Shown here: piece after piece, positions 7,412 through 13,295 of the stretch
How positions within the stretch are numbered: the first letter of the stretch is position 1
Layout of the letters: every line of letters begins with the position of its first letter
NCBI GenBank assembly: GCA_964457525.1
Contig: CAYWGS010000019.1
Span: forward strand, 4,609-21,040
Reading direction: 5' to 3'
DNA length: 16,432 bases
From: an uncultured Erysipelotrichaceae bacterium
GTDB lineage: Bacteria; Bacillota_I; Bacilli_A; Erysipelotrichales; Erysipelotrichaceae
The notes under the pieces: generated by a model
The model's input: only the letters and a program-made list of their open reading frames with translations
What the model was told of the DNA's origin: nothing
The model's database searches: none
Program-made: the position numbers and the translations under genes

Positions 7412-7618
7412 ATGAAACAATTATTTCGTAAAGGAACAAATATCTTATTTTTGATTCTTTTTTTTGGATTAATATTAAGTTCTGTTCTCTACATCTTTGT
7501 ATTCAAGGAACAACAAACCGTATCATTTATCGAGAATAGAAATCTGTATACTACTGAACATATTTTTGATACAGAAACGTTGGATGATTCATTTCAAACA
7601 AAAGTGGGAAGAGTCTGA
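7412..7618 (+). CDS. N-terminal fragment (TM anchor plus ENRNL motif) of a DHHW/AlgJ-like O-acetyltransferase gene, ended by an in-frame TGA
   Basis: 68 aa. It has one N-terminal TM helix (ILFLILFFGLILSSVLYIFVF) followed by SFIENRNL. It is in the same reading frame as 7634-8650, separated only by TGA 7616-7618 and five sense codons. Confidence 0.7.
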   Translation: MKQLFRKGTNILFLILFFGLILSSVLYIFVFKEQQTVSFIENRNLYTTEHIFDTETLDDSFQTKVGRV

Positions 7619-7633
7619 GAAGATCAGTTCTTT

Positions 7634-8650
7634 ATGCGTTATGAGATTGTGAATGGTAAGCGTAAAGCGAATTATTTCTTAACCAGTTTAATCTTTAAGA
7701 TTTCAAGTACTGAAACAGAATTAACCCCACTAAACGATCCTAATCTATTCCGTGTTGGAGATTCGAACTATATCGTCACAAAACCAATGGTGTATGAAGA
7801 TCGTATCGAAACACGGGTTAAAAAACGATTAGATCAATACGCTGATTTACAAGCGTATTTCCCAGATAAACATGTTTATGTCTATCATCCTCTTCAAGCA
7901 CATGAGACAGACTTATTTGATGAAGCAAATGAATTAGAGAGTTATGGCACAACTTTAAATCAAATGATGAAGGATTATGCACGTATTCCATATAAATCAC
8001 TTGATATTGAGAATCTAGACTACTATAAGCAACATTTCTATGCGGCAGATCATCACTGGAATCATTTAGGTAGTTATATTGGTTATCGTGATATGTTATC
8101 CCTCTTACAACCTGAAACAACTGCTTTAGAGCCTCAATATTTGGATTGTAACTACAAGTTCTATGGTAGTTTCTCAACACGTACCGGTGGAATTTTAGAT
8201 CCAAGTGATTTCTGTTTATTCCAATTTGATTTAGTTGATTATACAGTGGAACAAGATGATGGAACGATCACTGATTTAAAGATGTATGAAGAATTCTATG
8301 ATCAAGTTGAATCCATTGATTTATGGACTTATTTATATGGTTTGGCGTATCCATTTAATGGTTATATGAATACAGTTCGTAGTGGTGTGAATGATAAAGT
8401 CTTATTATTGGTAGGCGATTCTTATATGCCGCCTGTTATTCCACTTCTTGCACAACACTATGGAACGGTTTATGCGATTAATCCTGTCAATTACTATATA
8501 AAATATTATAAGAATTTTGATTTCTACTCATTTATCGAAGAAAAGGGAATCAATGATATTATGTTCATGATTACTATTGAGAACTATTTCTATGATGATG
8601 AATATGGACCACGTTATAAGTTTAATGATGTAATAAGGGAGGAAGAATAA
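7634..8650 (+). CDS. DHHW-family / AlgJ-AlgX-PatB-like SGNH-type O-acetyltransferase, catalytic portion (3' fragment of the interrupted gene)
   Basis: 338 aa. Eponymous motif AADHHWNHLGSY (Asp/His) and Ser motif LLLVGDSYMPP. There is no signal or TM segment of its own and no convincing RBS before ATG 7634. It sits directly upstream of an MBOAT gene, joined by a TAATG overlap. Confidence 0.8.
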   Translation: MRYEIVNGKRKANYFLTSLIFKISSTETELTPLNDPNLFRVGDSNYIVTKPMVYEDRIETRVKKRLDQYADLQAYFPDKHVYVYHPLQAHETDLFDEANELESYGTTLNQMMKDYARIPYKSLDIENLDYYKQHFYAADHHWNHLGSYIGYRDMLSLLQPETTALEPQYLDCNYKFYGSFSTRTGGILDPSDFCLFQFDLVDYTVEQDDGTITDLKMYEEFYDQVESIDLWTYLYGLAYPFNGYMNTVRSGVNDKVLLLVGDSYMPPVIPLLAQHYGTVYAINPVNYYIKYYKNFDFYSFIEEKGINDIMFMITIENYFYDDEYGPRYKFNDVIREEE

Positions 8651-10044
8651 TGTTATTTAGCAGTATGACGTATTTGTTGTTATTTTTTCCACTCTTTACA
8701 TTCCTTTATTTCTTAAACAAGAATGTTCATTATCGTAATACCATACTTCTATTAGCTTCTCTTACCTTCTATGCATGGGGAGAAATTTCGACACTACCAT
8801 ACATGTTTGTGATTGCGATTGTTAACTATGCATTAACACGTGTGTTGGATAAAGCAGAAGATAAGAAACGACTTATTATTATGTGGATTCTGGTTGTTTT
8901 AAATATTCTTCCACTCGCTTATTTCAAGTATTCGAATTTCTTCTTAGATAACATTAACATCGTGTTGAATACCAATTTTACCATCCATGAAGCATTCCTT
9001 CCTTTAGGGATTAGCTTCTATACCTTTAGAAATATTTCATACATTATTGATGTTTATCGCAAGAAATTCCCAGCTGAAAAGTCGTTCTTCATTGTTCTTA
9101 ACTACATACTCTTATTCCCAACTTTGATTTCAGGACCCATTGTACGTTTTGAAACCATTCGTGAAGAATATCATGAACGTAAGATATCTGTGGATGATGT
9201 GGTGGAGGGAGTAGAACGATTCATTATTGGTCTTGCGAAGAAAGTTCTTATTGCGAATCAAGTCGCAGTTATTGCGGCGAATGTATTTAGCATTACAGAT
9301 TTTAATTCCTTGAACTCAACTCAAGTCTATATCGCTGTTATATCGTTTACTTTACAAATCTACTTTGACTTCTCTGGTTATTCGGACATGGTCATTGGGA
9401 TTGGACGAATATTTGGTTTCCATTTCTTAGAGAACTTTAATTATCCTTACATTGCCACAAGTATTAGTGATTTCTGGAGACGTTGGCATATTTCACTTAG
9501 TACCTGGTTTAGAGATTATGTTTATATCCCATTAGGGGGGAATCGTGTGTCTATGTTACGTTGGATTCTAAACATTGCGATTGTTTGGTTCACAACAGGT
9601 TTATGGCATGGGGCAGCTTGGAACTTTGTCTTATGGGGTGTCTATTTTGGTGTATTACTTGTTTTAGAGAAACTCTTCTTAGGTAGAGTATTATCGTTCC
9701 TTAAAGGAGTTAATCATATTATTGTAATTTTCTTAATTATGATTAGTTGGGTGATCTTTAACTCTCATTCGATAGATCAAATTATGATCTTTATTCAACG
9801 AATGATCTTTATTCAACCATATGATATGAATACCTTAATTGAACTTAATTTTGGGAATTACTGGCCTTATTATGTACTTGGTTTAATCTTCAGTGCACCG
9901 ATTGTTCCTTGGTTAGATTCAAAATTAAAAACGAGCACAATCTATAACTTTATTAAAAAGTTGATTGTACTTGCCTTGTTTGTATTATGTATTATCTTCT
10001 TAATTGATAGTAGTTATAATCCATTCATCTATTTCAAGTTCTAG
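8650..10044 (+). CDS. MBOAT-family membrane-bound O-acyltransferase (AlgI/PatA/DltB-like)
   Basis: 464 aa. Strong RBS AGGGAGG at 8636-8642. Polytopic. MBOAT signature FWRRWHISLSTWFRDYVYIPLGGNR and the conserved His in TTGLWHGAAWNF. TAG stop at 10042-10044. Confidence 0.92.
   Translation: MLFSSMTYLLLFFPLFTFLYFLNKNVHYRNTILLLASLTFYAWGEISTLPYMFVIAIVNYALTRVLDKAEDKKRLIIMWILVVLNILPLAYFKYSNFFLDNINIVLNTNFTIHEAFLPLGISFYTFRNISYIIDVYRKKFPAEKSFFIVLNYILLFPTLISGPIVRFETIREEYHERKISVDDVVEGVERFIIGLAKKVLIANQVAVIAANVFSITDFNSLNSTQVYIAVISFTLQIYFDFSGYSDMVIGIGRIFGFHFLENFNYPYIATSISDFWRRWHISLSTWFRDYVYIPLGGNRVSMLRWILNIAIVWFTTGLWHGAAWNFVLWGVYFGVLLVLEKLFLGRVLSFLKGVNHIIVIFLIMISWVIFNSHSIDQIMIFIQRMIFIQPYDMNTLIELNFGNYWPYYVLGLIFSAPIVPWLDSKLKTSTIYNFIKKLIVLALFVLCIIFLIDSSYNPFIYFKF
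9784..9819. repeat. In-frame 18-bp tandem duplication inside the MBOAT gene
   Basis: ATGATCTTTATTCAACGA is followed by ATGATCTTTATTCAACCA (17/18 identical). Encodes MIFIQR-MIFIQP. Confidence 0.95.
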
Positions 10045-11558
10045 TACCCTTCTTCAGGGAAATAGAAGTTCAATACCGCATCTTTATTCAAACCATAGTA
10101 TTCTTTGAATACATCCATATGGTAAGTATCATCGACTTCAATATCACCACCATGAATCGAATAAATAGGATATCTGATTAACCAGATATCTTTTATTTCT
10201 GGGTTATCTTTATAGTACTGTATTTGTCCTAAACGTGTATTATGAACCGATTCAACTAAATTATACTTATCCCACAACTGATTAAGATTGAGATAACATA
10301 AGACAAATAACGGAATAATGAATAGCTTTGATAATAATCTTCGATTCAAACTCGAATAGATGATTAAACACATCACAATCATATAATAAACAGTATAGAG
10401 TGAAGAACGATATCCAAAGATTGGTGATAACATCATGACTCCATTACTCACTCCAGCGAGTAACACAAAGAAATAGAGTTTGAGTCGTAATGATTCTTTA
10501 AATGCGATGGTAATAAATCCAAACACCGCAACAATAAACAATGGCCAGAATACGGTATTAAACAAAGATGTAGGTTCGATAAATTGAGTCAAGAACTCAA
10601 GTGGGAATCGACTGTAAAGTGTTAAGGTTAGGCTAGAAAATGCTGATATGATGAAGAATAACATTAACACACCATGTAAGAAGGAATACTTCTTATTCTT
10701 CATCCAATTCTCAAGTAGTTTAATCAAGGATAATCCAGAGAATACCAATACCAAGTAACGATGTTCAATGAAGGTTAATCGTATAAAGTTTGAATAATTA
10801 AAGATTAACTGATCAATAATTGACATCTTTAACCATTCGCCATGATCTCGTATAGCACGTGCACTTGCGCCAGGTGATACACGTAATAAGACTAAACCAA
10901 TTAAACTAATCACAAAGAATGAAATATAGGTGATTGGTACATTACGATCTCTTATATAGAGGTATACACAGATCAAGAAGTTACCAAACACAAAGATAAC
11001 CGCCGCATTTTCCATCATAAGGCTTGGGACTAATAGACTAAGCCATAATACTGGAATCATTACACCATTCAATCGAGTATACTTCTCAATGTTCTTTAAC
11101 ACAACAGAAAAATAGAACAAGCTTAAAGCCAAAGGAATAAGATACGTCGTACCCATTAACCACGTATAGGTTTCCATACGTAACTCATCTTTTACACTGA
11201 TCATTAAGAACAGTAGAAGTAAAGCCGCAACAATACTCTTTTTTAGTCCACTTATCTTAAGAATGGAGTAGAAGATTAAACCGAATAATCCAGCATTTAA
11301 GAAATTCCATAGCCACTTGTTGGGAGTCACTAAGAACCCATACAGTTCACTAAAGAATCGACCTGACCATGTAAAATAGAACTCATAAGCAAGTTCAAAT
11401 GGATTGTGTTTCATTCCATTTAAAGCATATCCCCAATCATCACCTGCTAGGGGTGTTTTGGAAGAAATAAGATAGAAAAATAAGATGACAAATAATGTAC
11501 TTATGACAATTATATTGTTCTTTATAAAGGCGTTAAATCGTTTTATTGTTTGCTTCAT
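10041..11558 (-). CDS. Polytopic integral membrane protein of unassigned family; candidate GT-C-fold extracytoplasmic glycosyltransferase (alternative: polymerase)
   Basis: 505 aa. GAGG lies 5 nt before the ATG (minus strand). The basic N-terminus (KQTIKRFNAFIKNN) precedes TM1, then an outside loop with PLAGDDWGY (D40-D41, plus-strand nt 11436-11441). More than 10 hydrophobic segments follow, then an ~80-aa hydrophilic C-terminal domain. It is the only minus-strand gene inside the locus. Confidence 0.55.
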   Translation of the reverse strand: MKQTIKRFNAFIKNNIIVISTLFVILFFYLISSKTPLAGDDWGYALNGMKHNPFELAYEFYFTWSGRFFSELYGFLVTPNKWLWNFLNAGLFGLIFYSILKISGLKKSIVAALLLLFLMISVKDELRMETYTWLMGTTYLIPLALSLFYFSVVLKNIEKYTRLNGVMIPVLWLSLLVPSLMMENAAVIFVFGNFLICVYLYIRDRNVPITYISFFVISLIGLVLLRVSPGASARAIRDHGEWLKMSIIDQLIFNYSNFIRLTFIEHRYLVLVFSGLSLIKLLENWMKNKKYSFLHGVLMLFFIISAFSSLTLTLYSRFPLEFLTQFIEPTSLFNTVFWPLFIVAVFGFITIAFKESLRLKLYFFVLLAGVSNGVMMLSPIFGYRSSLYTVYYMIVMCLIIYSSLNRRLLSKLFIIPLFVLCYLNLNQLWDKYNLVESVHNTRLGQIQYYKDNPEIKDIWLIRYPIYSIHGGDIEVDDTYHMDVFKEYYGLNKDAVLNFYFPEEGY

Positions 11559-11580
11559 ATTAACCTCAATGTCTTAAAAT

Positions 11581-11609
11581 ACTATACCATACAAACAGTT
11601 TCAGTTAAA
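11581..11609 (-). promoter_or_regulatory. Candidate extended -10 promoter for the minus-strand membrane protein gene
   Basis: The minus strand reads TGGTATAGT (plus 11581-11589). A weak -35 TTTAAC lies at 17-nt spacing (plus 11604-11609). The predicted leader of ~16 nt contains the GAGG RBS. Confidence 0.45.
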
Positions 11610-11627
11610 TATATGCCATTCTAAGGG

Positions 11628-11655
11628 TTTAACCTTCCGATTGATTGTGTATAAT
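11628..11655 (+). promoter_or_regulatory. Candidate promoter for the 508-aa membrane protein / LtaS-like / GT2 genes
   Basis: Perfect -10 TATAAT at 11650-11655. Weak -35 TTTAAC at 11628-11633 with a 16-nt spacer. It is about 40 nt upstream of ATG 11697. Confidence 0.4.
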
Positions 11656-11696
11656 GAATAGGATGTTTGAATTGATTTTAGTAAACGGGGGAGTGT

Positions 11697-13223
11697 ATGT
11701 CAATGAAACGCTTTATGTCGAATGGAATTAATCTTATCTATGGATGTCTGATTTCATTCATTCTTATTTCTCTACTTCTATATACCAATGAGTCCATTGA
11801 TTTAGTTAATCACATTCCATTTGATAATTGGTTTATATTTCTAATTACATTGCTTATATTAATCATCATTCTTATGTTAATTAAGTTTAAGAAGATCAAT
11901 CTTCAGATCAATACGAATAAGATGACTAAGATACTAATCCTATCGAGTTTAGTCGTTTTTATCATACAAATCTTCTTTGCCTATCAAATCTATTTCTATA
12001 CAGGATGGGATGCGAGTGCTGTTCGCAATGCGGCATTTTATTTCATTGAACATCCCCATAAAATAAGTAAATATTTCAATCTTTATTTCTCTTATCATAC
12101 CAACCAAACTACCATTACAGTTCTACTTGGCCTTATCATGCGTTTCTTTAATGCACTCGGTATAAAGAATGTTTATTTTGGCACAATTCTTTTTAGTATC
12201 TTATCGGTTAATCTATCCACCTTATTTGTATCTCTAAGCATGAATAAATTCATAGAAAACAAAATCAGTGTTATTCTTGGTTTTCTATTATGTACCTTCT
12301 TATGTTCATTCTCTCCTTGGATAACAATTCCATATTCCGATACGTTTATGATGTTATTTGCGAGTTTTGCGTTTTATCTCTACTTAAATCTAAAAGGAAG
12401 TACTATTGATTGTTTTCTATGGTTTCTAATCCTGTTTAGTGTATTTTTGGGTAGTTTGATTAAACCTCAAACACTTATTATGGGAATTGCAATACTACTC
12501 TATGAGTTTGCGTTTAAACGTAAACTAAATATCAAACAAGAAATCATTCGATTCTTATCAATCAGTCTAATCATTCTATGTACGTTCTTTTTATCAGTTC
12601 AAGTTCAAAAGACATTTGTAGAAATGGGTGAATTCAAACAAAACCCTGAGTTTTCTTTCACCTTACCTCATTATTTGATGGTTGGGTTGAATCCGGATAG
12701 TTTTGGAGCGTATGTTGCGGAAGATGCGGAAATCTCTTATGGTCAATTTACCATTGAAGATCGAGAAACTAAGAACTTTGAAATAATCAAAGAAAGAATC
12801 GATTATCTTAATCAAAATGGTTGGTTACCTTTTCTAATGAATAAAGCAGTTGTGAACTTTAATGATGGTAGTTTCGCCTGGGGTCGTGAAGGGGATTTCT
12901 ATCAAGAGATATTTGAAAAGGATAATCTATTCGCGAATGCTTTAAGGTCTTATTTCTATCATGATGGAGATTCGTTTAATAACTTCCTATTATCAAGACA
13001 AATCTTATGGATGATTGTTTTAAGTTTAATGGTTTCATCAATCTTCAATCGAAAAAGAGATGAAGAGGTATTTATCCAAATCATCTGTATCGGTATTATC
13101 CTCTTTAACATGATCTTTGAGGCTAGAGCTCGTTATCTATTTGCCTATGTCCCTTATTTTGTGTTACTTGCGACACTTTCGTTTAATGATTGGGTAGAAT
13201 TTAATGGTAAAAAGAGTCAATAA
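11697..13223 (+). CDS. Polytopic integral membrane protein, ArnT/PMT_2 (GT-C)-like architecture; candidate extracytoplasmic glycosyltransferase
   Basis: 508 aa. GGGGGAG at 11687-11693; the start could equally be ATG 11703. After three N-terminal TMs with a Lys-rich inside loop comes an outside loop YTGWDASAVRNAAFYF. Many further TMs include one containing GSLIKPQ. An ~130-aa hydrophilic domain (EMGEFKQNPEF...SFNNF) precedes the last 2-3 TMs, an arrangement common in GT-C enzymes. Confidence 0.55.
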   Translation: MSMKRFMSNGINLIYGCLISFILISLLLYTNESIDLVNHIPFDNWFIFLITLLILIIILMLIKFKKINLQINTNKMTKILILSSLVVFIIQIFFAYQIYFYTGWDASAVRNAAFYFIEHPHKISKYFNLYFSYHTNQTTITVLLGLIMRFFNALGIKNVYFGTILFSILSVNLSTLFVSLSMNKFIENKISVILGFLLCTFLCSFSPWITIPYSDTFMMLFASFAFYLYLNLKGSTIDCFLWFLILFSVFLGSLIKPQTLIMGIAILLYEFAFKRKLNIKQEIIRFLSISLIILCTFFLSVQVQKTFVEMGEFKQNPEFSFTLPHYLMVGLNPDSFGAYVAEDAEISYGQFTIEDRETKNFEIIKERIDYLNQNGWLPFLMNKAVVNFNDGSFAWGREGDFYQEIFEKDNLFANALRSYFYHDGDSFNNFLLSRQILWMIVLSLMVSSIFNRKRDEEVFIQIICIGIILFNMIFEARARYLFAYVPYFVLLATLSFNDWVEFNGKKSQ

Positions 13224-13247
13224 TGACACAATTATTTAACATAATCA

Positions 13248-13256
13248 TGATAGAAT
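13248..13256 (+). promoter_or_regulatory. Possible extended -10 box TGATAGAAT upstream of the LtaS-like gene
   Basis: TG-n-TAGAAT in the 72-nt gap. No good -35. It would give a ~33-nt leader containing AAGGA (13285-13289). Confidence 0.3.
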
Positions 13257-13295
13257 AAAAACATTGACAATTATGTTATGAATTAAGGATAAATT

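Noticed and set aside
7458-7465. T8 homopolymer tracts inside coding sequence (7458-7465 in the DHHW 5' fragment, and also 13738-13745 in the LtaS-like gene) as possible phase-variation switches
   Set aside because: Both encode Phe/Leu-rich TM segments (LILFFGL, LIIFFLG) in an AT-rich genome, where TTT-TTT runs arise by chance. There is no evidence of length heterogeneity, and 8 nt is at the low end for slippage-driven switching.
7616-7618. The in-frame TGA as evidence of a Mollicutes-type genetic code (TGA=Trp, or TGA=Gly) or as a selenocysteine codon
   Set aside because: Every other long gene in the window is free of in-frame TGA and encodes Trp with TGG. Two genes (wzx at 5247-5249 and the GT2 at 7313-7315) appear to end at TGA in sensible positions relative to the next RBS or start. 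The sequence downstream of the TGA (GAAGATCAGTTCTTTATG...) forms only a 4-bp AAGA/TCTT pairing, not a SECIS-like hairpin. Nothing in this enzyme family suggests a redox-active Sec.
7818-8204. 128-aa minus-strand ORF antisense to the DHHW gene
   Set aside because: It lies entirely within a well-supported plus-strand gene. I saw no RBS or promoter and no recognisable motif, and its composition is typical of an antisense shadow frame. It is long for an AT-rich genome but is most simply a chance open frame.
13237-13278. 9-bp inverted repeat TAACATAAT / ATTATGTTA flanking the candidate promoter, and a perfect TTGACA at 13264-13269
   Set aside because: AT-only 9-mers recur easily in AT-rich intergenic DNA. 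The best -10 partner for the TTGACA (GATAAA, 13288-13293) would place the transcription start at or beyond ATG 13296, so it is unlikely to be a functional -35.
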